From Torpedo marmorata (taxonomy: Eukaryota): a stretch of 64,000 nt of DNA. Below, piece after piece: positions 36,361 to 48,544 of the stretch. The notes under the pieces were generated by a model. That model worked only from the letters and a program-made list of their open reading frames with translations, did not search any database and was not told where the DNA came from. Within the stretch, counting starts at the first letter, position 1. The number at the start of each line of letters is the position of its first letter. Both the position numbers and the translations under genes were made by a program. The DNA is taken from positions 28,024,001 to 28,088,000 of the forward strand of contig OZ360245.1 of assembly GCA_977017645.1 (NCBI GenBank). Direction: 5' to 3'.

Positions 36361-39300
36361 CTATTATTGATAATTAACCTGCTGTGGAAGATGAAAAGAA
36401 AAATAGTTAAAGAGGTCAGTTATTGTGCAATTTTAAAAATGAGAGTAAAGTAAGAAATACTCCACAGAAGATTATACTGAGCCTACAACAGTCCCATGCT
36501 ATTTCTATATACTAAACAAGCTTCTGCTGAACTCTATTTTCTTCCACCTTAACATTTTATCCTCCTGTTCCTTTCTCTCTCCTGTGCTTGTTTGACCTCT
36601 GCCTAAATGTACCCATCCCATCCACCTCTGCTACTTCCTGCAATGGCAGGTTCCATTCTCATTGCTTCATGAAAAGCCTCTTGTACTGTATTCCAAACCC
36701 TCAAATGAGGCAGCCAAGTAAGTCAGCAATATCAATTGGACCCCAATGTGCTAACTGACACATCCGTTCCAATTGAGCCCTTCAAATACTGCATATTGGC
36801 AATAATTGTGCGGCGTGACATGATGTAAGAATGTTTTACCAATAGCTCTAGTTACAGTTTATGCCAACTTACAGAAGTATGGGAAGCCTTATTAGGGCAG
36901 ACCTTCCACTGTGCCGGATCACCCTATTCCTTTCAGCAATAGCCCATGTGCAGTCTTCAGCCGGCAGCTCATTGGACTGCACTGGGGCAATACAGTTCAG
37001 GGGTTCTCCTAGACTGACAACAGCTTTGACGGTTGGAAAGGTTCATCCCTCAGGCTTAAGGCCTATTAGAAATAAAATAATGTTCAGAAGCTTAACCCTC
37101 TGGAGACATTATCAAACGCATGCACATAATTATAAAAGGTTAAACTGATTTAAATTAGCCTCCTAAAACTTTACCTCTCCTTCTTGCAATAGCCATTTTC
37201 ATACGAAAGGGACAGCTGTACTGGCACTGGGTGAATCTGGCTCAGAGGCAATAGGTGGGATTGATCGCAGAAGGTCACTCCACCCAATTGTGCTACACCA
37301 GGAGTTCAGCTCTGCAATTCAGTCGTCCCAGGGCTGCACGTTCTGCTGAGCAGGACACACCATCATGTCTGTTCGGTAATCTCGCCTGAATATTGCTGGA
37401 TCTTGCTGCAATAAAATATCCACATGATCTCTGAGAAAGGGTGTCATGAACACAGATGCTGCATTTTGAATTGGATTCTTTTTTTTCCCTTCAGTTGTGT
37501 ATTTTCTAAATGATTTATTTCACTTTGATCTTACTCTGTTCAAAAACGGGCAAACGGGATCACTTACAAATTGAATATTACCAGAAACTTCCACCCATAA
37601 ATCTTTATAGTTTATTTTTGTGGCAATTCTCCCTCTGCAAATGAAAACGATCTTGCGGGTTAGATCCCAGTGCCGATAGTTTCTACTGCAGATCCTAACA
37701 GTTATAATGGCACTGATGTAGATTTAATTACTTTCCCAACTGTGGTATACAATGAAAGATTCAAATAAATCATAGCTTCTATTAGTTTAATGCTCTTTGT
37801 AGTGTGGCCTTTAAGAAAGGAAAAGGAATGTTCAGATGGCTTCATTACTGGTGAACTTATTCGTCACGACCGATAGGTTCTGACTGATGAAGAATAACTT
37901 CTCCAATTGGTTTGCTCCTTATCTTTGCTTCAACTTTGCCTTGAATATATTCCACAATTCGCTGGAGTACAGAATTCCATAGGATCATAATTCTCTGAAA
38001 GAAGGAACTCCTCTTCGTCTTCTTTTGAATGGATTCATTCTGAATCAATTCTCTCTGGTTCTAGATATTTCCACTCAGCATCCATCCTGTAAATCTCCCT
38101 CAAAATTTTCTATCTCTGATATGACACTCAGCTAAGTGATCAGAGTGTGTTTTGGGAAGGGTTTCAGCTTGGTATTGGATCTTGCTAAGCCTCCTTGACT
38201 ATTTTAATTGCCTGCTTGTTCAGTTTCTAAGCAATAGGAGGTTTAAAGTTGGGTTTACTTTCACTCTGGATACAATTTGTTCAAGTAGAAATTGCCATTC
38301 ACGTCATTTTATGAAATAACTTTTTTATTTGGCAACTATATAACCATATAACAATTACAGCACAGAAACAGGCCAGTTCGGCCCTTCTAGTCCATGCCGA
38401 ACACCTTCTCCTACCTAGTCCCACTGACCTGCACCCGGCCCATAACCATCCACACCTCCCTTGTCCATATACCTATCCAACTTTTCCTTAAACATTAAAA
38501 TTGAACCTGCATCTACCACTTCGGTCGGAAGCTCGTTCCACACTCCCACCACCCTCTGAGTGAAGAAATTCCCCCTCATGTTTCCTCTAAACTTTTCCCC
38601 CTTCAATCTCAATCCATGCCCTTGTGTTTGAATCTTCCCCACTCTCAATGGAAGAAGCCTGTCCACATTGACTCTATCTGTCCCCTTCATAATTTTAAAT
38701 ACCTCTATCAAATCACCCCTCAACCTTCTACGCTGCAGGGAATAAAGTCCCAGCCTGCTCAACCTTTCCCTGTAACTCAAACCCAGAAACCCAGGCAACA
38801 TTCTTGTAAATCTCCTCTGCACTCTCTCTATTCTGTTTATATCCTTCCTATAATTCGGCTACTAAAACTGCACACAATATTCCAAATTTGGCCTCACCAA
38901 TGCCTTATACAACTTCAACATGACATCCCAACTCCTGTATTCAATACTCTGATTTATGAAGGCCAACATACCAAATGCTTTCTTCACCACCCTATCTACA
39001 TGTGACTCGACTTTCAGGGAATCATGTACCAGAATTCCTAAATCCCTCTATTCTACTACACTCCTCAATTGTCTTCCATTTAACACGTATGACCTTTGCT
39101 GATTAGTCCTACCAAAATGTAACACCTCACATTTATCAGTATTAAACTCCACCTGCCATGTTTCCGCCCACTCTTCTAACTGTCCTATATCCCCCTGCAA
39201 GCTTTGACAACCCTCTTCTCTGTCCACAACACCACCAATCTTCGCATCATCTGCATACTTACTAATCCAATTTACCACCCTATCATCTAGATCATTAATA

Positions 39301-40345
39301 TATATGACAAACAGCAAAGGACTCAGTACCGATCCCTGAGGCACTCCACTAGTCACCGGCCTCCAATTTGACAAACAATTTTCTACCACTACTCTCTGGC
39401 ATCTCTTATGTAACCATTGTTGAATCCATTTCACTACTTCGACATTAACACCTAATGCTTGAACCTTCCTAACTAGCCTCTTATGCGGAACCTTGTCAAA
39501 TGCCTTACTAAAGTCCATATAGACAACATCCACAGCCTTCCCCTCGTCAACCTTCTTAGTAACCTCATCAAAAAACTCTATGAGATTTGTTAAACATGAT
39601 CTACCACGTACAAAACCGTGTTGACTACTCCTAATCAATGCTTGTCTTTCCAAATAACTGCATACACCATCTCTAAGAACACTCTGCATTAATTTACCCA
39701 CCACTGATGTCAGACTCACAGGCCTATAATTTCCAGGTTTACTTTTGGAGCCTTTTTTAAACAGCGGGACAACATGAGCTACCGGCACCTCCCCCGTGGC
39801 CAGTGACATTTTAAATATTTCTGTCAGAGCCCCCACTATTTGTACACTCACCTCCCTCAGGGTCCTCGGGAATATCCTGTCAGGACCTGGAGATTTATCC
39901 ACCTTTATACTCTTTAAAATAGCCAATACTACCTCCTCATTAATCTTTATATTATCCATGACCTCAGTACCAGATTTCCTTACTTCACCTGGCTCAATAT
40001 TCCTTTCCTTCGTAAATACTGAAGAAAAAAAATTCATTTAAAATTTCCCCCATCTCCTCTGAATTTTCACATAGCCTACCCGTCTGATCCTCAATGGGCC
40101 CAATTTTATCCCTCACTATTCTTTTACTTTTAATGTACCTGTAGAAACCCTTTAGATTTATTTTTACTTTGCCTGCCAAAGCAGCCTCATATCTCCTTTT
40201 AGCCTTTCTAATTTCTTTCTTGATTTTTTTTACACTCCTTATATTCCTCAAGGACCTCATCTACTCCCTGCTGTCTATACCTGTTGTACACATCCCTCTT
40301 CCTCCGAACCAAATTCCTAATATCCTTTGAAAACCAAGGCTCCCT

Positions 40346-41219
40346 CTCTGAAAGATGGTGGCGCTGCCGGAGCCGCTGTAGCGGCAGCGCTGCCGCTGGC
40401 GCGGACCCGCGAGGAGCGTGGGAGCGGAGATACAGCGCTCCCACGGGGTACAGCCACCCAGTCGACTGCCGTCGGTTCCGCACGGGCTTTGAACGGCCCG
40501 TTAAAGGAGCCGACGGTGGTTTTATTTGAGATCCCGCGACCGCGGGGTCTGCGCCCAAGATGGCAGCGCCTATTAATCGGCAGCAGCCACGAGGGGCTGC
40601 AGACTCCGGGGAAGCGGGGGACTGAAGCAGGGCACCAGTGGACGGGAAGATCACCCCCGTCTGAGAAGGAGAAGCGGAAGAGACGACCCACGGGACGGTG
40701 AGCACAGCGGCGGACCGTTGAGGGGCTCTGTGGCTGAAGGACCAGTGCATGTGGCGGGCTGCTGGCGACTCAAGGCAAGGAACCCGCGGAGGCTGTGGGC
40801 TGCTGGAGACTGCTGTCGGGGGACTCACGCCGGGCTGCGGACTGCTGGAGGTTGGCTCGAACTGGCTGGAGGAGTACCAGGTATCGGAACCGGGATGTGA
40901 GGGGGTGCCGAGGGTGACCTGACCGTGTTGGAGGTTCGGATCTGGAGCTCGGGATGCCGATCATTTGGACTGGACTCTGTGTGGCTGCGGAAGCGCTGGA
41001 GGCGAATCGATGGACACTCGGTGACTCTGGGGGGACTCTCTTTTGCTTCTCTTTCTCTGACTGTAAGGAATGTTAGAGGCACTTAGGCAATTTCTGCCGA
41101 TGGCGAATCTGTCTGCCTTGCAGCAGGTAAAAAGAAATTTTGTGGTATATGACACTGTCTTATTGCTGTGACAATAAATTGAATCTTGAATCTTGAATCT
41201 TGAATCTTGAATCTTGAAT
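40346..41219 (+). mobile_element. GC/CpG-rich non-coding, non-autonomous retroelement with Rex1-like 3' end
   Basis: Interrupts CR1 ORF2 between KGRVRK and EPWFSK; starts CTCTGAAAGATGG; ends GACAATAAA(TTGAATC)n; 3' region resembles the Rex1 3'UTR at 8505-8600. Confidence 0.8.
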
Positions 41220-42113
41220 TTTCTAACTCTTCCTTTAATCCTCACAGGGACGAACTGACTTTGTATTCTCAAAATTTCCCCTTTGAATATCCTCCATTTA
41301 TCTGTTACATCCTTCCCTGAAAATAAATTATCCCAATGCACACCCTCTAAATCCTTTCTCATCTCCTCAAAATTTGCCTTATTCCAATCAAGAATCTCAA
41401 CCTTAGGCCCAGCCCTATCCTTCGCTATTATCAACCTAAAACTAATAGTATTATGATCACTAGACCCAAAGTGTTCCCCAACACAAACCTATGTCACCTG
41501 ACCTATCTCGTTCCCAAATAGGAGATCCAGTACTGCCCCCTCTCTAGATGGTTCTTCTATGTATTGATTTAGAAAACTTTCCTGAACACATTTGACAAAC
41601 TCCACCCCATCCAACCCTTTTACAGTATGGGCGTCCCAGAAATTTAAAATCTACTATAATCACCACCTTATGTTTATTACACATATATGCTATCTCCTTA
41701 CAAATTTGCTCCTCTAATTCCCACTGCCCACCTATTAGTCTATAATACATACCTATTAGTGTTTTCATGCCCTTCCCATTCCTCAATTCTTCCCAAGTAG
41801 CCTCACTGAACGAGCCCTCCAATCTATCCTGCCATAGCACCGCTGTAATGCTTTCTCTAACAAGCAATGCGACACCTCCACCTTTTATCCCCCCTGTTTT
41901 ATCACGCCTAAAACAACGGAATCCTGGAATATTTAGCTGCCAATCATGCCCCTCCTGCAACCAAGTTTCACTGATGGCTACAATATCATATTTCCATGTA
42001 TCAATCCATACTCTAAGCTCATCCACCTTTCTTACAATGCTCCTTGCATTGAAATATATACACTTGAGAGAATGTCCCCCACATACACTCCTTCGATTAC
42101 CCTCTCCTTCATT

Positions 42114-44496
42114 TTTTAAAATTTTTTAAAATAATTTTATTTAAATTTTAAAATCACAAAATACATAAATCAAAAATACTATATCATTCCAAATACATGT
42201 GATATATTTCCCCCCCCTCCCACCCTCCCCTCCCCAACCCCCCCAGCACTATTCTAAAAAAAAAAAAAAAAATAGTTATAAAGAAAAAAGAAAAGAATTG
42301 AATAATAAAGAAGTAAAGAATTAAAGTGAGGAGAAAACAAATTACAAGCTAATTCTATTTATATATTGGAGGTTAGTTTTGCCAGCGGCACCGACTTCTA
42401 GAGAATTAATTTATACCCATAATTCTCATATATGGGCTCCAAATTTTCAAAAAGAAATAGTATTTATTACGTAAATTATATGTAATTTTTTCCAATGGTA
42501 TACAAGAACATAATTCTGCATGTAATCTATCTAAATTCAAATCTAAATCTGATTTCCAAGTAATAGCAATACATTTTTTTGAAACCGCTAAAACAATTCG
42601 CAAAAATTCTATTTGATACATATTCAATCTATTTCTAATACTAAATTTTTTAATATCTCCAAATAAAAATAACATAGGGTCCATTGGAACCGTAATATTA
42701 AAAATTCTATCCAAAAAATCTTTAACTTTAGACCAAAAGTCTTGAATTTTTAAACATGACCATGTACAGTGTACAAAAGAACCTATTTCATCTTTACATC
42801 TAAAACACATATCTGATAATGCCGGATTAAATTTCTTTAATTTTTTAGGTGTTAAATATAATTGATGAAAAAAATTATATTGTACTATTCTATACCTAAC
42901 ATTAATAATTTTAGTCATACTCAATTTACATAAATCTTTCCAATGTTTTTCATCTATATTAATATTTAAGTCTGATTCCCAACTTAATCTTGATTTATGT
43001 AATCCTACCTTAGGCATTTTTCTCTGAAGTAATTTATACATTTGTGATATAAATTTGTTAACATTTCCATTAGTGATTAATAATTCTAATCCATCCTGTC
43101 TTGGAGCTATTAATTGATTGCCCAATTTCTCAACTAAAAATCCTCTGACCTGATAATAAGCCAAAATTGTATTATCCAATATTCCAAATTTTTCTTTCAA
43201 CCTGGAAAATGTAACAAATCTTCCAGCCTCAAAACAATCTTTAATCTTCTTAATTCCTTTTTGAAACCATAATTTTAAAAATTGATTATCAATAGAAAAA
43301 GGTAATAATAAATTCTGATACAGTGGCATATTTGGAGATAATAACCCTTTTCGTCCTATCTCATTGTCTAACTGAGTCCAAATTTCCAACAAATGTTTAA
43401 TAATCGGTGAATTTTTCTTTTTAACTAATAATAATTTAGAATTCCATTTATAAATAATATCTTCTTTATATCTCTCCCCTATATTATTCAATTCTATATT
43501 AATCCAAGCAGTAGATTTAGTTAAATCAAAAAATTCATTAATAAATTTTAATTGAGCTGCCTTATAATAATATAAAAAATTGGGGAGTTGTAATCCACCC
43601 ATCTCGTAATCCCAAGTTAATTTATCTATACTTACTCTTGCTAATTTTCCTTTCCATAAAAATTTCCTAATAATAATTTTTAAATCTTTAAAAAATTTTT
43701 GAGGAATTCCAAAAGGAATAGATTGAAAAAGGTATTGAACTCTTGGAAAAATATTCATTTTAATACAATTCACTCTTCCCATTAAAGTTATAGGTAAATC
43801 TTTCCAATTCTCCAAATTATTCTTTATTTTCTGAAATAAAGGTATATAATTTAATTTATATAAATTTTCCAATTTTGTATCTACTTTAACTCCCAAATAT
43901 TTAATTCCTTCTTTAGCCCATTTAAATCCTGTAACTTCTTTGCATTTAGTATAATCTCCTTGAGATAAAGCCATTATTTCACTCTTATCTGAATTTATTT
44001 TATAACCAGATATCTCACCATACTCCCTCAATATCTTAGCTAATTGTTGAAGCGATGCAATAGATTTCGTCATATATATTAATACATCATCTGCAAATAA
44101 GCTAATTTTATGCTCTTCTGTACCTACTTTAATCCCATTTATATTAATGTCTTTCCTAATCATTTCAGCCAACGGTTCTATTGCCAATACAAATAAAGCA
44201 GGTGATAAAGGGCATCCTTGTCTTGTTGACCTCATCAAGGGGAATTTAGATGATATCTGACCATTTGTAATTACTCTAGCTGTAGGTTCTTTATATATAG
44301 TTTTAATCCAATTTATAAAAGTATTTCCAAATCCATATTTCTCTAAAACCTTAAATAAAAAATTCCATTCTAATCTATCAAATGCTTTTTCTGCGTCTAA
44401 TGTTATCACCAACGGCAAATCTTGTTTCCTTTTTTGCAAGTTAATTAAACTTATTAATCTTGCTATATTATCCTTCGAATATCTATTTTTAATAAA
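42114..44496 (-). mobile_element. Young AT-rich L1-clade LINE, 5'-truncated
   Basis: Perfect 16-bp TSD TACCCTCTCCTTCATT at 42098-42113 and 44497-44512; uninterrupted ORF2 segment of about 697 codons. Confidence 0.95.
42406..44496 (-). CDS. L1 ORF2 C-terminal part (partial RT and Cys-rich domain), open frame but 5'-truncated
   Basis: LDAEKAFDR, TRQGCPLSP, SLFADDV, KYLGV, CFRC...HCTWSC; the first ~9 aa of the ORF-track call come from the CR1 flank. Confidence 0.75.
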   Translation of the reverse strand, partial: FIKNRYSKDNIARLISLINLQKRKQDLPLVITLDAEKAFDRLEWNFLFKVLEKYGFGNTFINWIKTIYKEPTARVITNGQISSKFPLMRSTRQGCPLSPALFVLAIEPLAEMIRKDININGIKVGTEEHKISLFADDVLIYMTKSIASLQQLAKILREYGEISGYKINSDKSEIMALSQGDYTKCKEVTGFKWAKEGIKYLGVKVDTKLENLYKLNYIPLFQKIKNNLENWKDLPITLMGRVNCIKMNIFPRVQYLFQSIPFGIPQKFFKDLKIIIRKFLWKGKLARVSIDKLTWDYEMGGLQLPNFLYYYKAAQLKFINEFFDLTKSTAWINIELNNIGERYKEDIIYKWNSKLLLVKKKNSPIIKHLLEIWTQLDNEIGRKGLLSPNMPLYQNLLLPFSIDNQFLKLWFQKGIKKIKDCFEAGRFVTFSRLKEKFGILDNTILAYYQVRGFLVEKLGNQLIAPRQDGLELLITNGNVNKFISQMYKLLQRKMPKVGLHKSRLSWESDLNINIDEKHWKDLCKLSMTKIINVRYRIVQYNFFHQLYLTPKKLKKFNPALSDMCFRCKDEIGSFVHCTWSCLKIQDFWSKVKDFLDRIFNITVPMDPMLFLFGDIKKFSIRNRLNMYQIEFLRIVLAVSKKCIAITWKSDLDLNLDRLHAELCSCIPLEKITYNLRNKYYFFLKIWSPYMRIMGIN

Positions 44497-46149
44497 TACC
44501 CTCTCCTTCATTAACTTTAACATTCTGGTTCCTCTCTTCCTTCAAATCTACCCTAATCTCTGCATTCTCATTCTGATTCCCACCCCCCTGCCAAACTAGT
44601 TTAAACCCTAAACTGGGCAAACATCAATTCCATAAATAACTCATCAAAATAGGCACTGTTTATTCATCTCTATATAGATTCAGGGACTTTAGTACTATGC
44701 AATTTACCCAAAATATTCCTTCAAAAGATGATTCACTGGCAATAAAATGCTTTTAGATATCTCAGGGTGTAAATCTACAGAAATATCTAGTTGTTCTACT
44801 ATGAACCTCCTTTTGGTTTCATCAAGTGTGGAACACAATTCTGTTAGCCACCATGCTAGATTCATCATTCCACTAAAACACATATAAGCTTCCCTTGGTA
44901 ACGAACGACTTCTGTTCTTATGGACGACCATAAGTCAATTTTGTCCGTAAATCAGAAAATGAACAAAAATCTCTCAATATGGTAGCCATAGCTCTGCATA
45001 ATTGTAATGAATGTCATCAAAAGCACGTCAAAAGAGAACAATTACAAAAAGTGGAGAGGAAACTAGTTCTACTGCTCATAGGAATGAAGTAGAGGCATAC
45101 ATTGGACTTGATTTCAATTAGGAGTTTGTTTGTATGTATGGGTCTTCATAAATTGAGCATTCCCAATTTAGGGATGCCCTGTTGAAAAGGAGGGAAGTAA
45201 TATTGGGCATAAAATGCTGCAGATCTGTTTCTTATTCAGTTGCACCCTAAATTCATGTTGTATTAAGGTTGTCAGAGCATAGAAGGAGCCCATTGAGTTC
45301 ATCACTGGTTATTTGATCTGTCTTTGCACAAACTGGCTGCATTTTTCTTTATATTACAGTGGTGGCTCTGTTCATAGGTTATCCACTGTCAGTGAGAATT
45401 TTTGAATATGTTAACTTTACAAAAGCAAATGTAAATGCAAGTTTAATCTAGCTGTCCTCTTGTAGCCTGTTTCAGCAGAAATGTTATTTGCTGGTAGAAT
45501 GTTTTGTTTTGTATTAACATTGTACTCCCCAATCTCCCAGCATTTGAATTATTATTTCTTCTTGATTTTTTAAAAATTATTGAATATGATTTATACTAAG
45601 GAAGTGAGAATTATTCATTTTGCCATCTTGTTAAAATGTCTATTTCGGAATGCAGTTTATTAAATTTCTTTAAATAAATCTCTCATCAATAATGGCATGC
45701 AAGGATATTATATATATGCTCCAGATATATATACTGCAGGTAAAACAAATGGATGGTGATGAAACTGATGATATGGCATTGTAGGATCTCGTCTGAGGCA
45801 TAATTAATCATAGGGTTTGATAGCATAACAATCGGAGAAATCTTCCTCTGCAATTCTCTGCAAAAAACTCACTTGGGTCAGGATATTTTGTGGTAATGTG
45901 TAGACCAGTTAAGCATCAAACCAACTGATGTAAATGAACGCCAAAATTCCACAAAAGGACAATCAGCATCTGAAATAGAAACCCGTATGTATAACCCTTA
46001 AGAATTTGCACAGTTTGGCTATAGGATTTCCTTGGATTGAATGTCAAGGAAATTCAGGACATGTCCATAAAATTGAATCAAATAGATTTCCAAAGTCTAG
46101 ATGTAATAACCTTAACATAGAGGCTACTAATGAATGTCATCACTAGTCA

Positions 46150-46770
46150 TGCCTTTCACACTAATCCCACTTCCTTGTATTCATTCTATGCCCCTCTAGG
46201 CCCTGCCCATTCAAAAACCTGTCCAGATGCCTCTTAAATGATGATACTGTTCCTGCCTCCACACCTCTTCTGGCAGCTCATTCTACGCACCATCTATTCT
46301 TTGTGAGAAAACTTGAATGTTTGGATCTCCTGTAAATCTCCTCCCTCCCACCCTAAACCTATGGCCTCTAGTTTTAGACACCCCTATTTTGGTAAACTCC
46401 CTTTGGTTATGCACTCTACCTATCTCTCTCACAATTTTATAAACCTCCAATGTTTCATTTTTCTGCCTCCTTCGCTCCAGAGAAAACAGACCCAGCCTAT
46501 CCGATCGCTCAAGCCCTCCAATCCAGACAACATCCTCTGTTTTCTGCACCCTCTCCAGTGAAATCACATCTTTCCTGTCAAGTGTCAACCAGAACCACAC
46601 AAGTGCTGCCTGTGGAATATTTATTACAACTTTAACGAGGTCCTAACTCGTGTATTCAGTGCCTTGTCTGAAAAAGGCAAGCATGCCATAAGGCTTCTTT
46701 ACCATGCGGTCTACTTGTGTTGTGACTTTCAGGGAACTATGTACTTTACCTCTTGTCTCTGTTCAACAAA
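46150..46770 (-). mobile_element. Old CR1 3' fragment
   Basis: LERVQK...RLGLFSLERRR...KTRGHRF. Confidence 0.75.
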
Positions 46771-46778
46771 CACTCCCC

Positions 46779-48030
46779 AGCACAGTTAACATAGGGGCGG
46801 CATGGTTAGCATAGGGATGACATGGTTAGCGTAGGGATGACATAGTTAGTGTGGGCAGCACGGTTAGCATAGGGCAGCATGGTTAGCGTGGGGGTGGCAC
46901 AGTGAGCGTAGCAGTGAGCACAACGCTGTTGCAGCGACAGCGACCAGGGTTAGAATCCGGCGCTGTCTGTAAGGAGTTTGTATGTTCTCCCCGTGTCTGC
47001 GTGAGTTTCCTCCAGGTGCTCCAGTTTCATCCCACCATTCAAAATGTACCGCGCGTGTAGGTCAATTGGGTGTAATTGTGAGGTACAGGCTCATGGGCCG
47101 AAAGGGCCTGTTACCGCTGTTACGTCGCAGACCAGCAGCAATAGAAATTCACCAAGAGACTGGTATTGTTTATCTTTTAAAACAATATATTTATTTATAA
47201 CTACTAATAATATAACATCTTACTTAACTTAACCCCAACTATGCGTGAATATACGTGAGTGTGTGTGTGTGTGTGTGTGTGTGCGTGTGGGGGGTACCCA
47301 AACCATTACAGCTTAGGCACAATTCTGGAAAGTCATTCCAAAGTTCAGTCTTAGAAATGCTGTGTTGAAACTCAGACTTTTAAACTGATGCCCAGAAGTA
47401 TCACGAAGGAGGTGGGAGAAACTGAGTGACCGGACTGCTGAAAACTCACGAATCCTTGTCAAGTTCCTTGTTGAAATATCCTTTCGGACAAACGGTTGTC
47501 ACAACTCCCCTTTTCCTTGCGTAGGGGAAGCGAAATGAGTGACTTCCACGATGCTTCCAAAACCCAGGCAAGGGTCAGTCGAAATGACCATTACTTTGGT
47601 CACGATCCGATGCAGCAATTCTTCTGCTTTCAAAACCCAGATACGGGTCAAGCAAAGTGACCTTTCCTTTGGTCACGGTGGTTCAATAATTCCCCTGATA
47701 GGGAGAATCAGCTGAATTGTCCATTTCACACAAAGTCACTCCACCTCTGTGTTCATCAGATGGCTGGTGGTCAATAATGAAAATCTCTGTTTCTTTAAGT
47801 GTCCCACTCACATGACTCTCTCACCACCTGTTTTCTTGGATAAACAACCATTGTTCTTTCTCTTCCTCCAGAGTATCAACTTTGTTTATAGTTTGTACTT
47901 GATGGTGCCACCCAGTCTCTCCACAACTGTGTATGGCTGCAGCCTGTATTAACCCTTAAAGTGACAGTCACACTAAATGAAACGGGAGCTCGTAATACCG
48001 CGCTGTATGTCTAAATTTAAATTTTTTTAA
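46779..48030 (+). mobile_element. tRNA-derived SINE with tandemly repeated head; tail split by a solo LTR
   Basis: About 7 head units of 18-20 bp, B-box-like GGTTAGAATCC, core, and tail CTGTTACCGC|GCTGTATGTC. Confidence 0.88.
47118..47997 (-). mobile_element. Solo LTR (Gypsy-like), 880 bp
   Basis: Termini TGTTACG...CGTAATA; 4-bp TSD CCGC at 47114-47117 and 47998-48001; minus-strand AATAAA near 47190; contains (GT)n. Confidence 0.85.
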
Positions 48031-48544
48031 ATTTTAAAATTTTAAATTCACTGTGTATGTCCTGCCCTGGTTTTATTTCTCAAAGTCAAGCACTTCCCAA
48101 TTGTCTGATGTAAATTCCATCTCTTATTCCTTTGCTTACTTTCCCATTTGATCAATTTCCTGTTGTATTCTTAGACAAGTTTCTTCACAGTCTAATTTCC
48201 AACCAATTTTGGTGTCCTCTATAGAGCATACCATACCATCTGCGCTGAAGATTGGCGGGGTGTGGGGTGGGAAAGTAACACATGGGGAAGATTTCTGATG
48301 GAGTGAGTTCAGGTGATAAGCTGTTGATGAATTAATCTGGTGGTTAGGTTAATGAGACCAGTTCGAGAGAAAGAGGCAGACAGACAGACAGAGACAAAAC
48401 ACCATCAGATGAACAGGTCTTGAAATAGAGTGGAGAGGAACAGTCCAGCTGGTTGGATAGTATGAATGGAAAGAGAAAAGCTTAGTTATTATTATAAATG
48501 GAAAGCCTACAGTGAAACTGGTTGGTTCTGATATAAATAGAGAA

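Larger units (their letters stand above)
38336..44608 (-). mobile_element. CR1 LINE covering the ORF1 end and most of ORF2, split by two insertions
   Basis: Endonuclease (YDIVAISETWL, GGGVALLV), RT (SPGPD, NYRPVSLTS, DFSKAFDKV, YADD), tail (CATATAAC)n at ~38340, and ORF1 end GGGTTTAAACTAG at ~44600. Confidence 0.93.

Noticed and set aside
40208-41082. Overlapping 60-206-aa ORFs on both strands
   Set aside because: Stop-codon scarcity in a GC-rich insert explains them; no domain is recognisable.
42406-44523. 705-aa ORF as a host or domesticated gene
   Set aside because: It is a 5'-truncated L1 ORF2 bounded by a TSD; the start codon is borrowed from flanking CR1.
44704-44931. 75-aa ORF in unique sequence
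   Set aside because: No recognisable homology or splice context; this length is expected by chance.
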